A stretch of DNA of 64,000 nucleotides from an uncultured delta proteobacterium (GCA_963841435.1 CAWJCS010000006.1:1793775-1857774), one strand, 5' to 3'; shown: positions 10,583 to 19,206, counted from the first letter of the stretch. Program-made: numbers and translations. Notes: generated from the sequence alone by a model not told the origin.

Positions 10583-12130
10583 ATGCCGACGACCTCCCAG
10601 CGCCTGGCCACTCCGCTTCCAATCGGAGCCGCCGTGATCCCCGGAACCCTGCGCGCGCGCCTCGAGGAAGTTCGAGCCCGTGGCGAGCGGATGAATCTCA
10701 AACAAGCCGTCGGGATCGTGGTTCCGCTGTGCGTCGAGGTCGCGGACCTACACCGCAAGGGCCACCGCCTCTTCGTTCACCCGTCGAGCCTCGCCGAGAA
10801 CGAGTACGGCTTTTACAATCTGTCCCTCGAGCTCGCCCAAAAGCCCCCGATCCTGCCGCGCGACAAGGCGTGCCTCGCCCCCGAGGAGCGCAGCGGTCAG
10901 CCGGGCGTCGCGCGGGCCAGCGTCTTCGCGATCGGCGCGATCCTCTACGAGCTGGTGACCGGGTTGTCGCTCGGGCCGGGCATGCGGCGTCCGAGCGATG
11001 TCGTCCCCGGGTTGCCGCAGAACTTCGAGGGCGTCATCGCCAAGGCCCTGGTCTCCGACCCAGCGCACCGACCGGACGACCTGAATGCGCTCGCCATGGC
11101 GCTGCATCAATTCGCGCCACCCGGTAGCCTGGCTCCGCCGCCCCCCGCGGACGTCACGCACCTCGACCACGACTCGAACTTCGAGGTCGATCTGCGCATG
11201 TCGATGCTTCCCCCCGAGGACCTCCCCGAACGGCTGCGCGCGGCCGGGTTGGCGGCGCATGCCCCCCGATCGGCGCCGCGCTCCGGCGACGCGACGAGCG
11301 AGCTTGCGTCACTCAAGGCGCGCCTCGAGTCCGATCCCCGCCCCCGCTACGTCGTGGTCAAGGAGGGCATGGATCACGGACCCTTCAGCGCCGTCGAGCT
11401 CCTGCAGCAGATCACGACGCACACCTTCGTGGACTCCGACGTGCTGCGCGACTCGCTCAGCAACGACGAGCGCACCATCAAGGACTGGGAAGAGTTCGCT
11501 CCCTTTGCCGAGCATGCTCGCTTGCACCGCGACATCAGGGCCGAGAAGGAAGCGATCGATCGCGTGGTCGTGCAGGAGAGCCGAAGCACGCGCGGCAAGG
11601 CGATTTTCGGCGTCGCAATCGTGGGCGCGCTGCTCGCCGCGGGTGCCGTGTGGTTCCTGACGGTGCGCGGCTCCAAGAAGGACGACGTCGATATGCTCGA
11701 CGACACGCTGTCGAACATCGAGGTCGATGGCGGTCTCAACGCCAGCGGCAAGCGTGGCGGCAGCAAGGGCCGGCGCGTCATGGGGCGGGGGCCTGGCGGC
11801 GTGCCGATTCTCGGCGGTGGCATGAGCTGCGAGTCCGCTCAGAACGCCTACGTCGAGGAGATGAACATCGGCGGTCCGCGAGGTCAGGCCGATATCACCG
11901 CGGGGCAGTACGGCAACATCCTGAATCGCGGCAGCTACTTTGCGCACTGCGGCGTGCCCAATTCCACGGGCCTCAGCATCTGCGCCGCAGTGCAGAACGG
12001 CCGCGCGGTGGGCGTCACGGTCGTGGCGCGGCCGCGCAGTCGAGGGGTGGAGTCCTGCGTCGCAGCGGCCGTGCGAGGCCTCAGCTTTCCGAGCCATCCG
12101 AAGCTCGACGTGACGCGCACGACATTCTGA
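10583..12130 (+). CDS. Membrane protein: Ser/Thr pseudokinase C-lobe + GYF_2-like domain + TM + small Cys-containing periplasmic domain
   Basis: LAPEE, ASVFAIGAILYELVTG and KALVSDPAHRP (kinase subdomains VIII-XI) without Gly-loop, HRD or DFG; YVVVKEGMDHGPFSAVEL (GYF_2-like); TM AIFGVAIVGALLAAGAVWF; C-terminal VESCVAAAVRGLSFP resembles TonB-C/AgmX-PglI-type domains. Confidence 0.7.
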   Translation: MPTTSQRLATPLPIGAAVIPGTLRARLEEVRARGERMNLKQAVGIVVPLCVEVADLHRKGHRLFVHPSSLAENEYGFYNLSLELAQKPPILPRDKACLAPEERSGQPGVARASVFAIGAILYELVTGLSLGPGMRRPSDVVPGLPQNFEGVIAKALVSDPAHRPDDLNALAMALHQFAPPGSLAPPPPADVTHLDHDSNFEVDLRMSMLPPEDLPERLRAAGLAAHAPRSAPRSGDATSELASLKARLESDPRPRYVVVKEGMDHGPFSAVELLQQITTHTFVDSDVLRDSLSNDERTIKDWEEFAPFAEHARLHRDIRAEKEAIDRVVVQESRSTRGKAIFGVAIVGALLAAGAVWFLTVRGSKKDDVDMLDDTLSNIEVDGGLNASGKRGGSKGRRVMGRGPGGVPILGGGMSCESAQNAYVEEMNIGGPRGQADITAGQYGNILNRGSYFAHCGVPNSTGLSICAAVQNGRAVGVTVVARPRSRGVESCVAAAVRGLSFPSHPKLDVTRTTF

Positions 12131-12148
12131 GGGAGAACCGGGGGGGCC

Positions 12149-12988
12149 GTGACCCGCCACACCAATCTCGAGCGCCGGCTTGCTGCCGCACCACTCACGC
12201 GCTGGCTCGCCCTCGCGGTCCTGCTGGTCACGGCGGCGTGCACGGTGCCCGTCGCGGCCGGGCTCGAAGAGAGCGACGCCACGGCGGCGGTGGTGGCGCT
12301 CGAGAAAAACGGCGTGCCGTCGGAGAAGGAGCGCGATCCCGAGAAAGAAGGCGCCTATCGGGTCGTGGTGACGCGCGACGACTCGGCAGCGGCGCTCAGG
12401 GTGCTCTCGGACGAGGGGCTGCCGCCCCCCGCGTCGCCCGGCGTCCTCGATGCGCTCGGCAAGGGCTCGATGGTCCCGAGCCGACTCTCGGAGCAGGCCA
12501 AGCTCGTCTCCGGCACGAGTGGTGAGCTCGAACGCTCGCTGCGCGCCCTCGATGGCGTGGTCTCGGCGCGGGTCCACCTGGCCGTCGCTCCCCGCGACCC
12601 GCTCGCTTACGGCGAGACGCTACCGACCGTCACGGCGTCGGTGCTGATCCGGCACCACGGCGCGACCCCACCGCTCGCTCCGTCCGAGATCCAACGCCTC
12701 GTCGCGGGCGCGGTGGCCGGTCTTTCGCCCGAGCACGTGTCGGTGGTGCTCTCGCCGGCCCCGAAGCCGGCGCAGGCCGCCGCTCGCGAGCTTGCCCGCT
12801 TCGGACCCCTCACGGTCACGCGCGCCTCGATGCCCGCGCTGCGCGGCATGGTGGCAGCCGCCGTGCTGACGAACGTCGTTCTCATCGGCTGCTTGCTGCT
12901 GCTCTGGGCGCGGATCCGCCGGACGGAGACCGCCGTCACCGCCGCGCGCGAAGAGCCCGCCGTCCCCCGGCAGAAGCGCTCGGCGTAG
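12149..12988 (+). CDS. sctJ: SctJ/YscJ (FliF/YscJ family) inner-membrane ring lipoprotein
   Basis: Lipobox VTAAC, GLEESDA..VVAL..NGV, AL.VL...GLP, SMVPS..EQAK, ELERSL..LDGVVSARVHL, TASVLIRH, IQRLVAGAVAGLSPEHVSVV and a C-terminal TM. Confidence 0.9.
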   Translation: MTRHTNLERRLAAAPLTRWLALAVLLVTAACTVPVAAGLEESDATAAVVALEKNGVPSEKERDPEKEGAYRVVVTRDDSAAALRVLSDEGLPPPASPGVLDALGKGSMVPSRLSEQAKLVSGTSGELERSLRALDGVVSARVHLAVAPRDPLAYGETLPTVTASVLIRHHGATPPLAPSEIQRLVAGAVAGLSPEHVSVVLSPAPKPAQAAARELARFGPLTVTRASMPALRGMVAAAVLTNVVLIGCLLLLWARIRRTETAVTAAREEPAVPRQKRSA

Positions 12989-13018
12989 GCCCGGTCCGGC
13001 GGTGCCCGACCCCGCGCT

Positions 13019-13690
13019 TCAGGGCCGCGTGATGGTCGTGGCAGGGGGCGCAATCGAGCACCACGAATAGCAGCACAGGGGATCGCCGCCCTGGCGCCGC
13101 TCGTTACTGAGCGCGGGGTCGAAGAGCGCGCCGCGCGGCACGGCGTACACCCGGTCCTCTGGTGGCCGGATCGCCGCCGGACAGCGGTCGAACGGGCTCG
13201 ACGCTAGCTCGCCCTCGGTTCCGCCCTCGAGCTCGAAGATGCAATACGACTCGGGGAACGAAAGCGGCTGTCGGCACTGGCTCTCGGGGACATCGGCGGG
13301 CGAAACGACCGTCAGGGCGCCGCACCACCCGTAGCAGCACTGCTGGCCGGGGGGCGCGCGCCGGCGGGCCAGCTCGGTGCGGGGGGCGTCGAAGCGCCCC
13401 GCACCGTCGCGTGGCGGGAACGCGGCGTCCTGAACCTCGATCGACGAGGGGCAGGTCGAATACGGCTCGGGCGCAGGCCTCGACGACTGCACGGGCAAGA
13501 GCGCGTCGCAGAAATACTCGCGAGCTTCGTCGACGCCGCAGGCCACGCGGGCCTCGCGGTCGACGCCGCCTCCCGCCCTGGGAGGAGACGCCCGCTTGCC
13601 GCAACCGAGCGGAAACCCGATGACCAGCAGGACCGCCCACCAACGGCAGACAGGCCGATGCCATCGAGCGCAGAGCCGTGCTCCCATCAC
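13019..13690 (-). CDS. Cys-rich lipoprotein with two ~65-aa tandem repeats
   Basis: Signal peptide ending FPLGC; the repeats share E.(Y/F)C...P(Y/F)..CP..I...FD...R...CCYxWC. Confidence 0.7.
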   Translation of the reverse strand: MMGARLCARWHRPVCRWWAVLLVIGFPLGCGKRASPPRAGGGVDREARVACGVDEAREYFCDALLPVQSSRPAPEPYSTCPSSIEVQDAAFPPRDGAGRFDAPRTELARRRAPPGQQCCYGWCGALTVVSPADVPESQCRQPLSFPESYCIFELEGGTEGELASSPFDRCPAAIRPPEDRVYAVPRGALFDPALSNERRQGGDPLCCYSWCSIAPPATTITRP

Positions 13691-13748
13691 CGCCCGTTCC
13701 TATAGCACCGTGACCAGCGCGCGGTCGCTTTCGGGTACCCTGAGCGGC

Positions 13749-14768
13749 ATGAAAGAGCGATCCATAGAAGCTCGCGTCGGCGCTCTGATCCTAGTCGCCG
13801 TCGCGCTGCTCGCAGCGTTCTTGCTCGTGATGAGCGGCGTCACCTTCCAGCCGACGCTCACGGTTTACGTCTCCTTCGAGAACCCGGGTGGTCTCGCGGC
13901 GGGGGCCCCGGTTCGCATCTCGGGGGTCAAGGTCGGGCACGTCAGCGACCTCGAGTTCATCGGCGGGCAGGACGGCAGGCCGGCCTCGTCCGACGCCCTC
14001 ATCCGAGCCGTGGCGAAGATCGAGCGTCGCTATGCCGACGCCATCCACGACGACGCACGCTGGTACGTCACGGCCCAGGGCGTGCTGGGCGAGATGTTCC
14101 TGGGCGTCGACCCCGGGTCACGCAACCGGCCGCCGATCCACGACGGCATGGAGGTAAAGGGGGTGAGCCCGCCTCAGCTCGATCTGCTGCTGAGCGAGAG
14201 CTACGAGCTCTTGCACCGCGCCTACGAGGGACTCTCCGCGAACGAGCAAAAGATCGCCGAAACCTTCGACGGCCTGCACCGAACCCTGGGCCTCACCGGC
14301 AACCTGATCGAGGCGACGGGCCCCAAGCTCCAGAAAGCCGCCGACAACGCCGAAGCGCTCTCCAGCGACGCCCGCGCCCTGCTCGCGGCGGCGCGGGACC
14401 GCTACGTCGATGGTCCGCAGATCACGCGCATCATGAACAACGTCGAGCGCTCCTCGCAGGTCATGAACGAGCACCTCGCTCCGCTCGTGAGCGACGGCAG
14501 CGAGGTGCTCGCCGACGCGAAGAAGATCACGCGCGTGCTCGCGACGGACGACCAGCTCGGCCGGATCGCCCGCATCACGCGCGATGCGAGCGACGCCGCC
14601 GCGATCGCCAAAGCGACGGCGGAGGACGCGCACTCGCTCGTGCTCAAGGTGAAGCAGGGCCAAGGGACCGCTGGCGCGTTGCTCTCCGACGAAGCGCTCT
14701 ACGACGACCTCAGCGAGCTCGTGCGCGACCTGAAGCACAATCCCTGGAAGATTCTTTGGAAGCAATGA
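13749..14768 (+). CDS. MCE/MlaD-family protein with long helical C-terminus
   Basis: EARVGALILVAV TM, F.NPGGL..GAPVRISGVKVGHV, QGVLGEMFLGVDPG, GQGTAGALLSDEALY and DLKHNPWK. Confidence 0.92.
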   Translation: MKERSIEARVGALILVAVALLAAFLLVMSGVTFQPTLTVYVSFENPGGLAAGAPVRISGVKVGHVSDLEFIGGQDGRPASSDALIRAVAKIERRYADAIHDDARWYVTAQGVLGEMFLGVDPGSRNRPPIHDGMEVKGVSPPQLDLLLSESYELLHRAYEGLSANEQKIAETFDGLHRTLGLTGNLIEATGPKLQKAADNAEALSSDARALLAAARDRYVDGPQITRIMNNVERSSQVMNEHLAPLVSDGSEVLADAKKITRVLATDDQLGRIARITRDASDAAAIAKATAEDAHSLVLKVKQGQGTAGALLSDEALYDDLSELVRDLKHNPWKILWKQ

Positions 14769-14805
14769 GCGCCGGGGGTTCCGGCGCGCGGTGCGCGAGC
14801 GACCG

Positions 14806-15075
14806 TCAGCCGCCGTCGGATCCGGCGTCTAGGTCCGTCGTGCCCGCATCCGCAGGAGGAGGGGGCGGCCCCTCGACGTTTCCCACGAGCCCCGACACGT
14901 CGTCCGAGCAGGTTCGCGCACCCGACGTATCGGCCACGCAAACCAGGCCTGCCCGGCAGTCGCTGTCGCGATAACAGTCCTCGCCAGGCCCCCCGGGGTC
15001 CTGATGGCCGGCGCACGCCACGCAAGCGAGGAGGGGCAAAAGCCAGGCTGCCGTGATGGCCGCGACGCGGGTCAT
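14806..15075 (-). CDS. Small Cys-rich lipoprotein
   Basis: Hydrophobic signal with LLAC/VAC; GEDCYRDSDCRAGLVC..C; DAG-rich tail typical of myxobacterial lipoproteins. Start could be 15090. Confidence 0.65.
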   Translation of the reverse strand: MTRVAAITAAWLLPLLACVACAGHQDPGGPGEDCYRDSDCRAGLVCVADTSGARTCSDDVSGLVGNVEGPPPPPADAGTTDLDAGSDGG

Positions 15076-15137
15076 CCGAGAAAGAACCATACTAGCATCC
15101 GTTCCTGGTCCGCCCGACGCGTTCCCCGCACGGAGCC

Positions 15138-15362
15138 TCAGCCGGACCCAGTTTCGACCGTGACGAGCGGATCGCCCTCGTCGACCGCCTGGCCCTCGGA
15201 AACGTGGATTTGCGTGACGCGGCCCGCTTCCTCCGCCTCGACCGGCATCTCCATCTTCATGGACTCGAGGATGACGAGAACCGTGCCGGGCGTGACGGGG
15301 TCTCCCGCCTTCACCTGAATTTTCCAAACGGTCCCTGTAATCTGCGCGCACGCCGTCGGCAT
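15138..15362 (-). CDS. Stand-alone biotin/lipoyl carrier protein
   Basis: GTVWKI.V..GD.V..G..LVILESMKME with the biotinylated-Lys motif; 74 aa. Confidence 0.92.
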   Translation of the reverse strand: MPTACAQITGTVWKIQVKAGDPVTPGTVLVILESMKMEMPVEAEEAGRVTQIHVSEGQAVDEGDPLVTVETGSG

Positions 15363-15528
15363 GAGATTGACCCCGAGGCTATCACCGAATTCGATCAGGC
15401 TCGGCGTGTAGCAAAATGTGGGTTATCCTCGCACCCCCGTACGAAGCCAAGCTCCCGGCCTGGCACCGTGTCCCTTGCTCTCCCGTGCCGAAAAACCCGC
15501 TTGCCGTTGCGACCACGGATCCCGCCGC

Positions 15529-15558
15529 TTGACGGGGTCGTTTCACGATTGCTATTCG
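15529..15558 (+). promoter_or_regulatory. Putative sigma70-type promoter for CDS 15616
   Basis: TTGACG (15529-34), 18-nt spacer, TGcTATTCG extended -10 (hexamer 15553-58); SD GAGGA at 15604-08. Confidence 0.5.
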
Positions 15559-15615
15559 CCAATGCGGGTCGCTGCGCCGCCGGCAGGAGCCTCGCGCTAG
15601 ACTGAGGAATCCATC

Positions 15616-16377
15616 ATGGCCGAACAGAAGGAAAGCTCGGTTCTCTTCTCGCTCAAGGAGCTCATGAACCTCGAGGAGAACCGAATCAAAGAAGAGGAAG
15701 AGGAGAAGGAGCGTCGCGCGAGAGCCGAAGCGGAGCACCGCGCGCGGGAGGACGCAGAGCGACGGGCCGCCGAGGAGCGGCGCCTGCGGAGCGAGGAAGA
15801 AGCGCGCCGCGTCGAGGAGCAGCGCAAGCGCGAAGATGTCGCGCGTGTCGAGGCGATTCGTGCGGCCGAGATCGAGAAGGCCAAGGCGGAGGCCGAGCAC
15901 CATGCGCGCATGCAGGCGCTCGCCGCGCAGCAAGCGCACGAGCAGCAGATCACCGCCCTGCAGAGCGATCAGACGAAGAAGCGCCTCACGCTCATCGTCG
16001 GCATCGTGAGCGCGGTGCTCGTGATCGGCGCCGTGGCGACGGCGGTCCTCGTCACGAGGTCCAACGAGGAGCAAAAAAAGCGCGACGCGATCGCGCTGGC
16101 CGAAAACGAGCGCATCGCGCAGGAGCTGAAGCGCTTGAAGGCCGAGGCCGACGAGGCCCAGAAGAAGCAAGACGAGCTGCAGGAAGCGCTCTCGAACGCC
16201 AAGGACGAAGCGACCAAGAAGGCCCTCGAAGCGCAGCTCGCCCAGGCCAAGGCCGAGACCGAGCAGAAGCGGGCCGTGAGCGGCCGTGCCGTGCGCTCGA
16301 CGGGCAGCAGCGGCAGCAAGAAGAGCTCGAGCTCGTCGAACTGCGCGCCGGGCGATCCGATGTGCGGCGATCTGTGA
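15616..16377 (+). CDS. Bitopic coiled-coil protein (TolA-like composition)
   Basis: N-terminal ESSVLFSLKEL, E/R/A-rich coiled coil, one TM (LIVGIVSAVLVIGAVATAVLV), second coiled coil and C-terminal CAPGDPMCGDL. Confidence 0.85.
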   Translation: MAEQKESSVLFSLKELMNLEENRIKEEEEEKERRARAEAEHRAREDAERRAAEERRLRSEEEARRVEEQRKREDVARVEAIRAAEIEKAKAEAEHHARMQALAAQQAHEQQITALQSDQTKKRLTLIVGIVSAVLVIGAVATAVLVTRSNEEQKKRDAIALAENERIAQELKRLKAEADEAQKKQDELQEALSNAKDEATKKALEAQLAQAKAETEQKRAVSGRAVRSTGSSGSKKSSSSSNCAPGDPMCGDL

Positions 16378-16387
16378 CGCTCGTCGC

Positions 16388-17119
16388 ATGAGCCGCGCGC
16401 GCGAACGCCTCGCCTTCCCTCTCGACTATCCGACCCTCGCCGACGCGCGGCGTGGTGCGGCGCTCGTCGCGGCGTCCGCCGGCGTGCTCAAGGTGGGCCT
16501 CGAGCTGTTCGTGCGCGAGGGGCCCGCGGCGGTGAGGCTCGGTGAGGAGCTCGGCTCGGCGATCTTCTTGGATCTCAAGCTCCACGACATTCCGGAGACC
16601 GTCGAGCGTGCCGTCGCCTCCGCGGCGGCGCTCGGCGTCCGCTACCTCACGCTGCACGCCGCCGGCGGCCCTCGCATGCTCGAACGGGCCGTGGCGCGCG
16701 CGGACCGTGAGCGCACGGGTCTCGAGCTGCTCGCCGTGACCGTGCTCACGAGCCTCGACGATGCCGATCTCGAGGCCGTCGGCTGCCGTGACGGCGCGAG
16801 CGCCCAGGCGGCGCGGCTCGCCCGGCTCGCCGTGGGACAGGGCGTCCCCGGGCTCGTGTGCTCCGTCGCCGAGGTGGGGGCCCTGCGCCACGAGCTCGGC
16901 CCCCGGGTCACGCTCGTGACGCCCGGCATCCGCCCTGCGGGTGACGCCAAGGCGGACGACCAGAAGCGCGTCGGGACGCCCGCGAGCGCCATCCGGGCCG
17001 GCTCGAGCCTGCTCGTCGTTGGTCGCCCGATCCGCGACGCGGCCGACCCCGCGCTCGCCGCCCGTCGCATCGTCGACGAGATCGCCGAGGCGGAACGTGC
17101 CGCGACCTCGAGCGGCTGA
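16388..17119 (+). CDS. pyrF: Orotidine-5'-phosphate decarboxylase
   Basis: LKVGLELF, FLDLKLHDIPETV, AVTVLTS, VTPGIRP, DDQKR and VVGRPI. Confidence 0.97.
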   Translation: MSRARERLAFPLDYPTLADARRGAALVAASAGVLKVGLELFVREGPAAVRLGEELGSAIFLDLKLHDIPETVERAVASAAALGVRYLTLHAAGGPRMLERAVARADRERTGLELLAVTVLTSLDDADLEAVGCRDGASAQAARLARLAVGQGVPGLVCSVAEVGALRHELGPRVTLVTPGIRPAGDAKADDQKRVGTPASAIRAGSSLLVVGRPIRDAADPALAARRIVDEIAEAERAATSSG

Positions 17120-17882
17120 GCGGGACCCGAGCGCCCGCGCCGCCGGATCCGGGGGGCGCCTCGTCCTCGGCCTGCAGCCCGTGCGAGAAGCCGTGCGGCG
17201 CCATGGTGCCGCGCTTCGCGAGCTCATCATCGAGGACCGTGCGACGCCGCGGCTCGAAGCGCTCGCCCGTTTCGCCACCGACCAGGGCGTGTCGCGGATC
17301 CGGCGCGTCCCGCGGGCCGATCTCGAGCGGCTCGCGCGGGGCGTCGCCCACCAGGGTGCCGCGGCGTTTGCGCCCCCGCTCGGGCTCATCGAGCTCGAGC
17401 GGTTGCTCGAGGACCCCGGGCTCGCCGCCGTGGCGCTCGACGGTATCGAGGACCCTCAAAATTTCGGGGCCGTCGTGCGCTCCGCCGTCGCGCTCGGGGG
17501 TGCGGCGGTCATCTGGGGCGAACACGGCTCCGCCCCACTCACCCCGGCCACTTTCCGCGCTTCGGCCGGGGCTGTCGAGCATGCACGCCTTTGCCGGGTG
17601 CGCTCCCTGCCCCAGGCCCTCGACGCCCTTCACCTTGCAGGTGCGACCATCGTCGGCCTCGACCCTTCTGCACCCACGCTCCTGTCCGAGCTCGACCTCA
17701 AGGGACCGACGGTGCTCGTGCTCGGTGCTGAGGGTGAGGGCCTGGGCCGAAGCGTGCGCCGCGCCTGCGGCGCCCTCGCGTCGCTCGGAAGGACCCAAAC
17801 CGTCGACTCGCTCAACGCCTCCGTCGCATTGGGGATCGCCCTCTACGAAATATCGAAACAACGAGCTATTTCAAATAGTTGA
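17097..17882 (+). CDS. rlmB: TrmH/SpoU-family RNA 2'-O-methyltransferase (RlmB-like)
   Basis: GLQPVREA, HQG, LDGIEDPQNFGAVVRSA, SAGAVEH, VLGAEGEGL and DSLNASVA. Start codon approximate. Confidence 0.9.
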   Translation: MPRPRAAERDPSARAAGSGGRLVLGLQPVREAVRRHGAALRELIIEDRATPRLEALARFATDQGVSRIRRVPRADLERLARGVAHQGAAAFAPPLGLIELERLLEDPGLAAVALDGIEDPQNFGAVVRSAVALGGAAVIWGEHGSAPLTPATFRASAGAVEHARLCRVRSLPQALDALHLAGATIVGLDPSAPTLLSELDLKGPTVLVLGAEGEGLGRSVRRACGALASLGRTQTVDSLNASVALGIALYEISKQRAISNS

Positions 17883-17902
17883 GCAGCAATATCAAGAGTT
17901 GA

Positions 17903-18071
17903 CCTGAGGGCCTCGAAAAGCACTGAACAGCTGACTAGAGCATTGGCGCGGCTTTTCCATTCAAGAGATGACCCCTTGCGCGCCGACGCTCCACCGACAA
18001 TCCCCGCAATCTCAGTGGCTTCCGCGCCAAGCCTCGATGCGATCCCCGCGAGGTTCGGGGGCCTGCTCAGG
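17903..18071. other. Long imperfect nested inverted repeat (candidate structured RNA or palindromic element) between convergent genes
   Basis: Pairs CCTGAG/CTCAGG, GGCCTCGAA/TTCGGGGGCC, TTGGCGCGG/CCGCGCCAA, CCATT/AGTGG, GAGAT/ATCTC and TTGCG/CGCAA, all in nested order. Confidence 0.45.
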
Positions 18072-18084
18072 CGATGGACGAGCT

Positions 18085-19206
18085 TCAGCGGCGCAGGCGC
18101 TGAAGCAGTCGGGCGAGCGTGCCGAGAAGCCGTTCAATTGCTTCGGGTTGCGTCTCCTCGCCCATGCTGACCCGCACCGCGCTCTCGGCGCGTTCGCGTC
18201 CCAGCATGGCGGTGATCACGGTTGACGGTTCGTTGGTGCCTGCCGAGCACGCGCTACCGCTCGAGACGCGAATGCCCTCGAGGTCGAGCGCCGCGACGAG
18301 CTCGTCGCCGGCGACGCCATAAAAGGAGAGGTTCGTGACGTGGGGCGCGCGCGGGGCACCGGAGCCGTTGACGATGGCTTCACCGTCGAGCGCGCTCTCG
18401 ATACGGTCGCGCAGTGCCGCAAGAGGGGCGTACCGGGGAGGACCCTCGAGAGCGTGGCGCGCCGCCACCGCGAGCCCGGCCGCTGCGGCGGCGTCGGGGG
18501 TGCCAGGGCGTAGCCCTCGCTCCTGAGCGCCCCCGACGAGGACCGGGGAGACCCGGGCGCCTCGCGTCACCACGAGCGCGCCGATGCCCTTCGGCCCACG
18601 CAGCTTGTGACCCGCGAGCGCCGTCGTGTCGCCCTTTTGCCAAAGGCCGGGCACGACGCGTCCCGCGGCCTGGACCGCATCGACGTGGAGCCTCGCGGAC
18701 GCTTGGTCGACGACGACGCGGATGCCGTCGAGCGGCTGGATCACCCCCGTCTCGTGATTGACGGCCGATAGAGCCACGAGGCTGCCGCGGGGCAGATCGG
18801 AGAGAGCGTGCTCGACGTCATCGGGCGCGATGAGGCCGGCTTCGACGACGGGCAGCCAGCGCACGGGAACCCCTCGCGCGGCGGCGGCTTCGGCGACGCG
18901 CGTCAGCGAGGGGTGATCGACGCGGCTCACGACGAGCCCCGGTGCGCCGGAAAGGGCCAGGTTATTGGCCTCGGTGCCGCCGCTCGTGAGCACGATGTCG
19001 CGAGCATCGCCGCCGGCTAGCGCTGCGATCGCGTCGCGGGCTGCGTCGAGGTGACGCCGGGCCCGGCGCCCGGCGGCGTGAACGCTCGACGGGTTTCCCC
19101 ACGCCTCGGCGGCTGCCTCCATCACCGCCGCGAGCACGGCCGGAAGAGGAGGCGTGGTCGCGTTCCAGTCGAGGTAGGTCTCCACCGGGGCAGCCGCCCG
19201 GGCCAC
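18085..19206 (-). CDS. Cysteine desulfurase (IscS/NifS family)
   Basis: YLDWNATTP, GNPSSVH, TSGGTEANN, NHETG, HVDAVQA, GHKLRGPKG (PLP Lys) and SSGSAC (catalytic Cys). Confidence 0.95.
   Translation of the reverse strand: MARAAAPVETYLDWNATTPPLPAVLAAVMEAAAEAWGNPSSVHAAGRRARRHLDAARDAIAALAGGDARDIVLTSGGTEANNLALSGAPGLVVSRVDHPSLTRVAEAAAARGVPVRWLPVVEAGLIAPDDVEHALSDLPRGSLVALSAVNHETGVIQPLDGIRVVVDQASARLHVDAVQAAGRVVPGLWQKGDTTALAGHKLRGPKGIGALVVTRGARVSPVLVGGAQERGLRPGTPDAAAAAGLAVAARHALEGPPRYAPLAALRDRIESALDGEAIVNGSGAPRAPHVTNLSFYGVAGDELVAALDLEGIRVSSGSACSAGTNEPSTVITAMLGRERAESAVRVSMGEETQPEAIERLLGTLARLLQRLRR

Noticed and set aside
12149-12988. Complete T3SS or flagellar cluster; FliF call
   Set aside because: No other components in the window; the length (279 aa) and lipobox fit SctJ rather than FliF.
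18085-19206. Cysteine desulfurase as DndA of a phosphorothioation system (GAAC appears at four frameshift sites)
   Set aside because: No dndBCDE or ssp genes in the window; GAAC arises only after the insertion, and one site is GAAT.
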